Assembly: GCA_038087875.1 (NCBI GenBank)
Contig: JAXLNO010000363.1
Location: 1 to 64,000, forward strand
From: Malacoraja senta
Lineage: Eukaryota
DNA length: 64,000 bases
Direction of reading: 5' to 3'
The translations under genes were made by a program, and so were the position numbers. Numbering within the stretch: position 1 is the stretch's first letter; the number at the start of each line of letters is the position of its first letter. Under the pieces are notes generated by a model that was not told where the DNA came from, searched no databases, and saw only the letters and a program-made list of their open reading frames with translations. Positions 1 to 8,799 of the stretch are shown here, in pieces.

Positions 1-543
1 ACTCCAGGGCCAAACCAGTCTGTCTGTCCCACAGAGCTTTTCCAATTTGACCAAATCTCACAGCAAAACCCGTTTTGAAGTCCAATAGCCATTAAGCCCA
101 TACATAACATGCATTTCCCTCACCCAACGATACAACAATTCAATTTCATCGTATTCACAGCCGACTCGGAAACATTGACCCTGATGAACAGAGCCCACAC
201 ACAAGGCTCAACCGCCCCATCCAATTAACACTTAGCAGAGTCACACTCTGCAACATTACTTTCAACCTATTTACAAGGTGAATGTCCAGGTTTTTGCACA
301 CATCCAATCCACTCTATGCATTTGACAGTATTTGCAAGGCTTCCCATTCTCTGCATGCAAATTGCATCTAAGTTCCAGATTCCCAGGCATGTCTCGGAGC
401 CTGTCTGTCTGTCTGTCTGTCCCAGAGAGCTTTTCCCATTTGACCAAATCTCACAGCAAACCCCGTTTTGACGTCCAAACACTCTTCTACTCCTCCTCCT
501 CCTCAGACGGACAAAGGTTGTGCAGGTGGACTGAAGGTGTGGT

Positions 544-581
<38 letters not shown>

Positions 582-618
582 AGAGGGTAGAGAGAGGCTA
601 CAGTGGTAGCCGGGGAGG

Positions 619-992
619 TCTTATGGGGTTGGACAGGCTAGATGCAGGAAGATTGTTCCCGATGTTGGGGAAGTCCAGGACAAGGGGTCACAGCTTAAGG
701 ATAAGGGGGAAATCCTTTAAGACCGAGATGAGGAAAAACATTTTCACACAGAGAGTGGTGAATCTGTGGAACTCTCTGCCACAGAAGGTAGTTGAGGCCA
801 GTTCATTGGCTATATTTAAGAGGGAGTTAGATGTGGCCCTTGTGGCTAAAGGGATCAGGGGGTATGGAGAGAAGGCAGGGACGGGATACTGAGTTGGATG
901 ATCAGCCATGATCATATTGAATGGCGGTGCAGGCTCGAAGGGCCGAATGGCCTACTCCTGCACATATTTTCTATGTATCTCTGTATCTATGT
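619..992 (+). mobile_element. CR1-type LINE, 5'-truncated 3' end; recurs at each unit start
   Basis: ORF2 C-terminus ...SRTRGHSLRIRG...FTQRVVNLWNSLP...GYGEKAG, followed by the GGCCGAATGGCCT stem-loop and a CTATGT-type tail. Confidence 0.92.
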
Positions 993-993
993 A

Positions 994-1402
994 AACTAGT
1001 GTGTGAACGGGCGATAAAAAGGGAATAGGTGAAGCAGGGAGAGAAAGGCGAGAGTTTGGGGCCTGTTTCAAGATGGCCGACTTTTGCCTCCTGTTTCTGT
1101 GTTGTATCTCTGAACTAAACTAAACTAGTGTGTGAACGGGCGATCGCTGGTCGGCTAGCACGGACCCGGTGGGCCGAAGGGCCTGTTTCTGCGCTGTATC
1201 TCTGAAGTAAAAAGGGAATAGTTGAAGCAGGGAGAGGAGGGCGAGAGTTTGGGGCCTGGTTCAAGATGGCCGACTTTTGCCTCCTGTTTCCGCGCTGTAT
1301 CTCTAAACTAAACTAGTGTGTGAACGGGCGATCGCTGGTCGGCTAGCACGGACCCGGTGGGCCGAAGGGCCTGTTTCCGCGCTGTATCTCTAAACTAAAC
1401 TA
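994..1402 (+). repeat. ~189-bp tandem repeat containing SINE/LINE 3' tail (CTAAA)n sequence; one repeat fewer in units 4 and 5
   Basis: Recurring ACTAGTGTGTGAACGGGCGAT...GGGCCGAAGGGCCTGTTTC...CTAAACTAAA. The distance from the CR1 to the p10 exon is ~189 bp shorter near 26700 and 35700. Confidence 0.85.
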
Positions 1403-1447
1403 TAACCGCTGTTCCTTGTGACGGCCAGTTTAAACGTCATGCCTCAC

Positions 1448-1557
1448 CTGCACAAACAAGTCGGAGAGGTGCTTCTTGTCCGCCAACTTCTCAAACACTT
1501 TCCCCATCTCCTGGATCATGTGAGAGCCCTTATTTGGGTCCCGATATGCCACATAAC
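1448..1557 (-). CDS. Caspase small-subunit (p10) exon, 110 nt, phase 1->0: (G)YVAYRDPNKGSHMIQEMGKVFEKLADKKHLSDLFVQ
   Basis: ttcttcag|GT TAT GTG GCA TAT CGG ... TTT GTG CAG|gtgagg. Resembles caspase-14 GYIAYRHDQKGSCFIQ (recalled) and includes the Arg341-equivalent. Other copies: 10335-10444, 18001-18110, 26845-26954, 35854-35962, 44785-44894, 51207-51316, 63332-63441. Confidence 0.9.
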
Positions 1558-1612
1558 CTGAAGAAGGATCAAGATCAACTTCAGGAAGCAAAACAATGCA
1601 CACACATCGTAG

Positions 1613-1930
1613 AGTCACAGAGTGATACAGTGTGGAAACAGGCCCTTCCTTCAGCCCAACTTGCCCACACCGCCCAACATGCCCCATCTACACTAGTCAC
1701 AGAGTGATACAGTGTGGAAACAGGCCCTTCCTTCAGCCCTTCAGCCCACACCGCCCAACATGCCCCATCTACACTAGTCACAGAGTGATACAGTGTGGAA
1801 ACAGGCCCTTCAGCCCACCCCGACCAACATGCCCCATTTACACTAGTCACAGAGTGATACAGTGTGGAAACAGGCCCTTCCTTCAGCCCAACTTGCCCAC
1901 ACCGCCCAACATGTCCCATCTACACTAGTC
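1613..1930 (-). repeat. 82-bp minisatellite (VNTR) derived from a CR1 3' tail
   Basis: Unit AGTCACAGAGTGATACAGTGTGGAAACAGGCCCTTCCTTCAGCCCAACTTGCCCACACCGCCCAACATGCCCCATCTACACT. Other arrays: 10500-10910, 18166-18645, 27010-27653, 36017-36264, 44950-45360, 51372-51846, 63497-64000. Confidence 0.95.
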
Positions 1931-2213
1931 CCACCTGCCTGCGCTTGGTCCATATCCCTCCAAACCTGTCCTATCCATGTACCTGTCTATCTGTTTCTTA
2001 AATGTTGGGATAGTCCCAGCCTCAACTACCTCCTCCGGCAGCTCGTTCCATACAGCCACCGCCCACCTGTGTGGGAAAAGTTACCCCTCAGATTCCCATT
2101 AAATCTTTTCCCCTTCACCTTGAACCCGTGTCCTCTGGTCCTCGATTCCTCTACTCTGGGCAAGAGACTCTGTGCGTCTATTCGATCGATTCCTCTCATG
2201 ATTTTATACACCT
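1931..2213 (-). mobile_element. CR1-type LINE 3' fragment (second subfamily)
   Basis: Minus-strand YKIMRGIDRIDAQSLLPRVEESRTRGHGFKVKG...; its tail is the 82-bp VNTR. Confidence 0.9.
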
Positions 2214-2297
2214 ATCTCCGGTGTCCTCCCACACTCCAAAAACGTGCAGGTTTGTAGGTTAATTAGCTTGGTTTCGGTGTAAATTGTCCATAGTGGG
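2214..2297 (+). mobile_element. SINE fragment (HE1/V-SINE-like central region)
   Basis: TCCGGT.TCCTCCCACACTCCAAA.ACGTGCAGGTTTGTAGGTTAATT.GCTTGG...TGTAAATTGTCC.TAGTG. A related fragment lies on the minus strand at ~3628-3680. Family assignment is from recall. Confidence 0.65.
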
Positions 2298-2432
2298 TCC
2301 TCTTGTTATGAAGGCCAACATGCCATTGTCTTTCTTCACTGCCTGCTGTACCTGCATGCTTACTTTCATAGACTGATGAACAAGGACCCCCAGATCCCGT
2401 TGTAATTCCCCTTTTCCCAACTTGACGCCATT
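2298..2432 (-). mobile_element. CR1 ORF2 internal fragment
   Basis: Minus strand reads ...QRDLGVLVHQSMKVSMQVQQAVKK.NGMLAFITR, a CR1 RT-adjacent motif. Confidence 0.85.
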
Positions 2433-2517
2433 GGTCAGGGTGGGGTGAGGGGGGGGTTAGAGTTTAAAGCGTGGAGGGCTACATGTTTTTATGGGCCTGT
2501 CGTGGAGGTGAGGTGGC

Positions 2518-2858
2518 ACAGGCCCTTCCTTCAGCCCAACTTGCCCACACCGACCAACATGCCCCATCTACACTAGTCCCACCTGCCTGCGCTTGGCCCA
2601 TATCCCTCCAAACCCGTCCTATCCATGTACCTGTCTAACGTTGGGATAGTCCCAGCCTCAACTACCTCCTCTGGCAGCTCGTTCCATACACCTAGCACCC
2701 TCTGTGTGGGAAAAGTCACCCCTCAAATCGCTGTTAAATCTTTCCCCCTTCACCTTGAACCCGTGTCCTCTGGTCCTCGATTCCCCTACTCTGGGCAAGA
2801 GACTCTGTGCGTCTACCCGATCTATTCCCCTCATGATTTTATACATCTCTATAAGATC
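2518..2858 (-). mobile_element. CR1-type LINE 3' fragment
   Basis: Minus-strand DLIEMYKIMRGIDRVDAQSLLPRVGESRTRGHGFKVKGERF, plus 3' tail. Confidence 0.9.
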
Positions 2859-2876
2859 CATCACATTGTGGGACGT

Positions 2877-3195
2877 GGGGATATGGACCAAACGCAGGCA
2901 GGTGGGACTAGTGTAGATGGGACATGTTGGCCGGTGTGGGCAAGTTGGGCTGAAGGACCTGTTTCCGTGACTCTGGGACTGGTGTAGATGGGGCATGTTG
3001 GGCTAGTGTGGGCAAGTTGGGCCGAAGGGCCTGTTTCCGTGACTCTGGGACTAGTGTAGATGGGACATGTTGGTCGGTGTGGGCAAGTTGGGCCGAAGGA
3101 AGGGCCTGTTTCCACACTGTATCACTCTGTGACTAGTGTAGATGGGGCATGTTGGGCGGTGTGGGCAAGTTGGGCCAAAGGAAGGGCCTGTTTCG
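2877..3195 (+). repeat. Tandem CR1-tail repeats (~65-82 bp), inverted relative to 1613-1930 and 2518-2605
   Basis: Four copies of ACT(A/G)GTGTAGATGGG.CATGTTGG...GTGTGGGCAAGTTGGGC.GAAGG...CCTGTTTC. Extra copies occur in unit 5 (~37380-37500) and unit 7 (~53050-53130). Confidence 0.9.
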
Positions 3196-3257
3196 AACTG
3201 CGTAACTCTGTGATTCTAAATAAACGTGAGATGATTAAGCAGGAATGGGGAACTCGC

Positions 3258-3410
3258 CTTTCCAGACGGATCGATGTGCTCAGTCACTTGGAAGTTTAAT
3301 TTGCTCAGGCAATTCCAGAGAGTTTTCCTATCAATGTCAGCTCCGCTCCTACCGTTTGCAATGCAGAGAATTAAGGCCTTTCTCAGTCGCGACATATCAT
3401 ACTCTCCCTC
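3258..3410 (-). CDS. Caspase large-subunit (p20) first exon, 153 nt, phase 0->0: EGEYDMSRLRKALILCIANGRSGADIDRKTLWNCLSKLNFQVTEHIDPSGK
   Basis: ctctggaacag|GAG GGA GAG TAT GAT ATG ... GGA AAG|gcgagt. Resembles caspase-14 EKYDMSGARLALILCVTKAREGSEED...RDPTA (recalled); the R-x-G motif is the Arg179-equivalent. Other copies: 12241-12393, 19974-20124, 28984-29136, 37703-37855, 46691-46843, 53258-53410, 59257-59409. Confidence 0.9.
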
Positions 3411-3465
3411 CTGTTCCAGAGACCAAGATTTTCACACAGTCAGTACAGACGTCCAGGGCAGGGAG

Positions 3466-3627
3466 ACAATAGACATAGACAATAGGTGCAGGAGTAGAGG
3501 CCATTCGGCCCTTCGAGCAAGCACCGCCATTCACTGCGATCATGGCTGATCGTCCCCAATCAATAACCCGTGCCTGCCTTCTCCCCATATCCCTTGATTC
3601 CACTAGCCCCTAGAGCTAAATCTAACT
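3466..3627 (-). mobile_element. CR1 3' end
   Basis: Reverse complement of the 3' UTR and tail seen at 6090-6245. Confidence 0.88.
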
Positions 3628-3680
3628 CTATCCTACACACACACTAGGGACAATTTACATTGATGCCAAGCCAATTAACC

Positions 3681-4072
3681 TGGAATAGAGACCCAGCCTA
3701 CTCAACCTCTCCCTGTAGCTCACACCCTCTAGTCCCGGCAACATCCTCGTGAATCTTCTCTGCGCCCTTTCCAGCTCGACGACATCGTTCCTGTAACACG
3801 GTGCCCAGAACTGAACACAATACTCTAAATGTGGTCTCACCAACGTCTTGTACAACTGCAACGTGACCTCCCAACTTCTAGACTCAATACTCTTGGCTGA
3901 TGAAAGGCCAAAGTGCCAAAAGCCTTGTTGACCACCTTGTCTACCTGCGACTCGACCTTCAAGGAACCATGCACCTGTACTCCTAGATCCCTCTGCTCTA
4001 CAACACTACCCAGAGGCCGACCATTCACTGTGTAGGTCCTGCCCTTAGATGTCCCAAAATACAACACCTCAC
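3681..4072 (-). mobile_element. CR1 ORF2 fragment
   Basis: Minus-strand [17 protein letters not shown]...[19 protein letters not shown]...LERAQRRFTRMLPGL. Confidence 0.92.
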
Positions 4073-4076
4073 ACAC

Positions 4077-4710
4077 ATAACAAGAGGAGTCGAGTACAGG
4101 AGCAAAGATGTCCTTCTGCAGTTGTACAGGGCCCTAATGAGACCACACCTGGAGTATTGTGTACAGTTTTGGTCCCCTAATTTGAGGAAGGACATTCTTG
4201 CTATTGAGGGAGCCCAGCGTAGGTTCACCAGGTTAATTCACGGGATGGCGGGACTGTCATATGCTGAGAGAATGGAGCGGCTGGGCTTGTACACTCTGGA
4301 GTTTAGAAGGATGAGAGGGTATCTCATTGAAACATATAAGATTATTAAGGGTTTGGACACGCTAGAGGCAGGAAACATGTTCCCGATGTTGGGGGAGTCC
4401 TGAACCAGGGGCCACACACAGGTTAAGAATAAGGGGTCGGCCATTTAGAGGAGACGAGGAAACACTTTTTCTCACAGAGAGTGGTGAGTCTGTGGGATTC
4501 TCTGCCTCAGAGGGCGGTGGAGGCCGGTTCTCTGGATGCTTTCAAGAGAGAGCTAGATAGGGCTCTTAAAGATAGCGGAGTCAGGGGATATGGGGAGAAG
4601 GCAGGAACGGGGTACTGATTGGGGATGATCAGCCATGATCACATTGAATGGTGGTGCTGGCTCGATGGGCCGAATGGCCTCTACTCCTGCACCTATTGTC
4701 TATTGTCTAT
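4077..4710 (+). mobile_element. CR1 5'-truncated element with an in-frame stop
   Basis: [33 protein letters not shown]...MFPMLGES*, then 3' UTR and ATTGTCT tail. Confidence 0.93.
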
Positions 4711-4742
4711 TAAATTCCATCGACCGTTCCGTGCTGCCTTAC

Positions 4743-4834
4743 CTGGTCTTGTACCCCTGGGGCAGGTGTGGAGGGGGGGGTGGGAGCCTCATTGTCCAAG
4801 GTGGGGGCTCCAGGTATAGGTATGCTGTCTACAC
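4743..4834 (-). CDS. Pro-rich prodomain-linker exon, 92 nt, phase 1->0: (G)VDSIPIPGAPTLDNEAPTPPSTPAPGVQDQ
   Basis: ttttcctcccacag|GT GTA GAC ... GAC CAG|gtaagg. Strong splice sites, open frame, and the phase-0 end joins the p20 exon in frame. Other copies: 13739-13829, 21459-21549, 30470-30561, 39190-39283, 54735-54826, 60744-60837. Confidence 0.7.
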
Positions 4835-4871
4835 CTGTGGGAGGAAAACCAGTGGTCACCTGTGTATCAAT

Positions 4872-5520
4872 GGAGAGGGTGGGGGGAGAGAGTGGGGGGA
4901 GAGCGGGGAGAGAGAGAGAAGGGGGAGGGGGAAAGGGGAAGAGAGGGGAGAGGGGAGAGAGAGGGAGAGGGAGGAGAGGGGGGGAAGATGGGGAGAGAGG
5001 GGGGAAAGAGGGGAGAGAGGGAGAGGGAAAGAGGGGGAAAGAGAGGGGGAGAGAGAGGGGGAAGATGGGGAGAGAGGGGGGAGAGAGAAGGGAGAGAGAG
5101 GGGGGGAAACAGGGAGAAGGGAGGGGGAGAGAGGGAGTGAGAGAAGGGGGAGAGAGAGAGGGGAGAGGGAGGAGAGAGGGGGGAAATATGGGGAGAGAAG
5201 GGGGGAGAGATGGGGAGCGAAGGGGAGAGAGAGAGAGGGAGAGTGAGAGAAGGGGAAAGAGAGGGGGAGAGAGGAGAGATAGAGGGTTGAGATAGAGAGA
5301 GGGGGAGAGAGAGAGGGGGAAAGATGGGGAGAGAAGGGGGAGAGAGAGGGGGGAAGATGGGGAGAGAAGGGGGGAGAGAGAGAGGGGGAAAGATGGGGAG
5401 ACAGTGGGGGGAGTGAGAGGGGAGAGGCAGAGAGAGAGAAAGGGAGAGAGAAGGGGGAAAGAGAGAGGAGAGAGGGGTGGAATAAGAGGGGAGAGAGAGG
5501 GGATTAGAGGGAGGGAGTGG
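4872..5520 (+). repeat. ~650-bp polypurine (G/A) low-complexity tract
   Basis: Almost only G and A on the + strand. Recurs at ~13866-14503, 21586-22235, 30598-31243, 39320-39967, 54863-55501, 60874-61500. Confidence 0.95.
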
Positions 5521-5615
5521 CCTCTGTTATAAACTGGCATCGATCCAGGTTTGTGTTTAAACAGATGGATTTTTCACCGAGTCCATCTGTCGCAGCGAGT
5601 TCCCATAAAATACTT

Positions 5616-6245
5616 CACCTGGAGTATTGTGTACAGTTTTGGTCTCCTAATTTGAGGAAGGACATCCTTGTGATTGAGGCAGTGCAGCGTAGGTTCACCA
5701 GATTGATCCCTGGGATGGCGGGACTGTCATATGAGGAAAGAATGAAAAGACTGGGCTTGTATTCACTGGCGTTTAGACGGATGGGGGGGGGGGGGATCTT
5801 ATAGAAACATATAAAATTATAAAAGGACTGGACAAGCTAGATGCAGGAAAAATGTTCCCAATGTTGGGCGAGTCCAGAACCAGGGGCCACACAGTCTTAG
5901 AATAAAGGGGAGGCTATTTAAGACTGAGGTGAGAAAAAACTTTTTCACCCAGAGAGTTGTGAATCTGTGGCCATTTGGGACTGAGATGAGGAGAGACTTT
6001 CCCACCCAGAGAGTTGTGAATTTGTGGAATTCCCTGCTGCCACAGAGGGCAGTGGAGGCCAAGTCACTGGATGGATTTAAGAGAGAGTTAGATAGAGCTC
6101 TAGGGGCTAGTGGAGTCAAGGGATATGGGGAGAAGGCAGGCACGGGTTATTGATTGGGGACGATCAGCCGTGATCACAATGAATGGCGGTGCTGGCTGGA
6201 AGGGCCGAATGGCCTCCTCCTGCACCTTTTGTCTATGTTTCTATG
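5616..6245 (+). mobile_element. CR1 5'-truncated element with a short internal duplication
   Basis: [18 protein letters not shown]...; the segment TE.R+NF.TQRVVNLW occurs twice (5922-6028); CTATGTTT tail. Confidence 0.92.
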
Positions 6246-6909
6246 ACTGTAGACTCCTACCTCACCAGGGACTAACGTTACTGAACCATTTTACTGTGGT
6301 GTCTTTTTAAAATTGCTGTTTTTCCCTTTTGTTCCCCTCCCACAAATATGTAATATGTGAATATTCTGTTTGTAGTTTGTCTGTTTGTCTTTTGCACAAT
6401 TCCCGCGAGCATCGACACTTTTAATTTCACTGCCCACCTCGTATGTGTGTGGGTGACCAATAGACTGGACCTAGAATTTAGCTGGAATTTAGAAGATTGA
6501 GGGGGGATCTTATAGAAACTTACAAGATTCTTAAGGGGTTGGACAGGTTAAATGCAGGAAGATTGTTCCTGATGTTGGGGAAGTCCAGGACAAGGGGTCA
6601 CACAGTTTAAGGATAAGGGGGAAGTCTTTTAGGACCGAGATTTTTCACACAGAGAGTGGTGAATCTGTGGAATTCTCTGCCACAGAAGGTAGTTGAGGCC
6701 AGTTCATTGGCTATATTTAAGAGGGAGTTAGATGTGGCCCTTGTGGGTAAAGGGATCAGGGGGTATGGAGAGAAGGCAGGTACGGGATACTGAGTTGGAT
6801 GATCAGCCATGATCATATTGAATGGCGGTGCAGGCTCGAAGGGCCGAATGGCCTCTACTCCTGCACCTATTGTCTATGTTTCTATGTTTCTATGACCTGA
6901 CTTGACTTG
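6246..6909 (+). mobile_element. Older retroposon 3' end with a (GACTT)n-type tail, interrupted by a nested CR1 fragment (~6473-6894)
   Basis: TTTCACTGC.CA.CTCGTATGTGT.....TGAC.AATA.ACT.GACCT | CR1 | GACCTGACTTGACTTG. The CR1 part encodes EFRRLRGDLIETYKILKGLDR... . Confidence 0.75.
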
Positions 6910-7064
6910 CGGAGCTTTATGTGGCCACTGTTTGGATAACTTTGGGTATCGAAAGCAAAGTGTCACCCTGACTCGATTTCTTGGAAAATACATCCCCTTT
7001 ATCGGATTCAGGACGGGTGGGGCAGAGACAGAGAGGGAGGGAGGGAGAGAGAGAGAGAGGGAGG

Positions 7065-7098
<34 letters not shown>

Positions 7099-7216
7099 GG
7101 GGGAGAGGGGATGAGAAGGGGAAGGGAGAAGGGGAGAGAGGAGAGGGAGAGAAAGCATTTTGGCCTTTTTTCCTCACTTTTTGGTGACAAATCTTCCACT
7201 TTTCAATTGTCTACAG

Positions 7217-7279
7217 ATCTCAAGAATACGATCCCGGATCTCGCAGGCAGGCAGGCAATGAACGGAGAATTCCGGTGTG
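7217..7279 (+). other. Candidate 63-nt exon on the + strand (antisense to the caspase exons); paralog at 8566-8628
   Basis: cttccacttttcaattgtctacag|ATCTCAAG...CCGGTGTG|gtgagt. Open in phase 1->1: (D)LKNTIPDLAGRQAMNGEFRC(G). No homology recognised. Confidence 0.45.
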
Positions 7280-7359
7280 GTGAGTGAATACACACAGTCA
7301 CACACACACACGCACACACACACACACACACAGTCCTAAACAGGGTGGGGAATGTGTGC

Positions 7360-7393
<34 letters not shown>

Positions 7394-7401
7394 AGGCTCC
7401 C

Positions 7402-7444
<43 letters not shown>

Positions 7445-8020
7445 ACACACACACACACCCTGAGCCTAGTGACCAGGGACTTTGATATGCCCCTTGAACT
7501 CCAGGGCCAAACCAGTCTGTCTGTCCCACAGAGCTTTTCCAATTTGACCAAATCTCACAGCAAAACCCGTTTTGAAGTCCAATAGCCATTAAGCCCATAC
7601 ATAACATGCATTTCCCTCACCCAACGATACAACAATTCAATTTCATCGTATTCACAGCCGACTCGAAGGGGAAGTCGACTTGGAAACATTTACCCTGATG
7701 AACAGAAGCCACACACAAGGCTCAACCGCCCCATCCAATTAACACTTAGCAGAGTCACACTCTGCAACATTACTTTCAACCTATTTACAAGGTGAATGTC
7801 CAGGTTTTTGCACACATCCATTCCACTCTATGCATTTGACAGTATTTGCAAGGCTTCCCATTCTCTGCATGCAAATTGCATCTAAGTTCCAGATTCCCAG
7901 GCATCTCTCGGAGTCTGTCTGTCTGTCTCTCTGTCCCAGAGAGCTTTTCCCATTTGACCAAATCTCACAGCAAACCCCGTTTTGAAGTCCAAACACTCTT
8001 CTCCTCCTCCTCCTCCTCAG

Positions 8021-8055
8021 ACGGACAAAGGTTGTGCAGGTGGACTGAAGGTGTG
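8021..8055 (+). other. Candidate 35-nt exon on the + strand; paralogs at 507-541 and in each block B
   Basis: ctcttctcctcctcctcctcctcag|ACGGACAAAGG...AAGGTGTG|gtgagt. Confidence 0.4.
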
Positions 8056-8365
8056 GTGAGTGAGAGAGAGAGAGAGAGTAGAGAGAGGGTAGAGAGAGGC
8101 TACAGTGGTAGCCGGGGAGGTGAAATATCCCAATATCTATCCAAAAAGATATCTATTATATTATTGTAATATATATTAATCAAAGATTGATTGATTGATT
8201 GATAGATAGATAGATAGAGATGGAGAAATACTGCTCAAAACAGGAGAGAGTGTGTGTGTGTGAGAGAGGGAGGGAGGGAGGGAGAAAGGGGAGAGAATTG
8301 AGATTTGAACATTGTTCAGCTTTTCTCCACACATCACGCAGCAAAGTCTCTCTGACCTGGATCCT

Positions 8366-8396
<31 letters not shown>

Positions 8397-8658
8397 CAAT
8401 GAAGGGGGTAAAACATACTGTGCTGAGTTGAGCAAACTTTAATACTTACAGGGGATGAAAGTACAAATTGGCAGAGGGAGGGAGAGAGAGAGAGAGAGAG
8501 AAAGCATTTTGACCTTTTTTCCTCACTTTTTGGTGACAAATATTCCACTTTTTAATTGTCTACAGGTCTCAAGAATACGATCCCGGATCTCGCAGGCAGA
8601 CAGGCAATGAACGGAGAATTCCGGTGTGGTGAGTGAATACACACAGTCACACACACAC

Positions 8659-8689
<31 letters not shown>

Positions 8690-8716
8690 GTCCTAAACAG
8701 GGTGGGGAATGTGTGC

Positions 8717-8751
<35 letters not shown>

Positions 8752-8760
8752 CAGGCTCCC

Positions 8761-8799
<39 letters not shown>

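Larger units (their letters stand above)
1448..4834 (-). pseudogene. Caspase-14-like partial gene, copy 1 (exons 4834-4743, 3410-3258, 1557-1448); catalytic exons absent
   Basis: Three exons with AG acceptors and GT/GC donors. Translations resemble the caspase p20 start (YDMS.LR.ALILC...R.G.D.D) and p10 (GYVAYR....GS..IQ....VF......HL.DLF..V). No HG or QACRG motif on this strand between them. Confidence 0.85.

Noticed and set aside
1613..1930. 82-bp array as a CRISPR array
   Set aside because: Contiguous repeats without unique spacers, derived from a LINE tail, in a eukaryotic context with no cas genes.
3681..4710. Twin-primed (5'-inverted) single CR1 insertion
   Set aside because: The two head-to-head pieces cover overlapping ORF2 sequence and are clearly diverged (LYKTLVRPH vs LYRALMRPH), indicating independent insertions.
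1448..4834. Functional caspase, or the symbol CASP14
   Set aside because: The catalytic dyad, start exon and last exon were not found, and orthology needs a phylogeny.
4635..5540. Long G/E/R-rich and P/S/L-rich ORFs (up to 276 aa)
   Set aside because: Stop-free read-through of the polypurine tract; frames differ between units. Only the embedded 92-nt exon is supported.
4077..6894. Autonomous LINE or intact reverse transcriptase gene
   Set aside because: Only 3' fragments under 700 bp, with stops and frameshifts; no endonuclease or YADD core is present.
7739..7780. Terminal caspase exon candidate tag|VESNVAECDSAKC*
   Set aside because: It starts with V in phase 0 but lacks the conserved Q.P...STL.K..Y/F ending, and the acceptor is weak.
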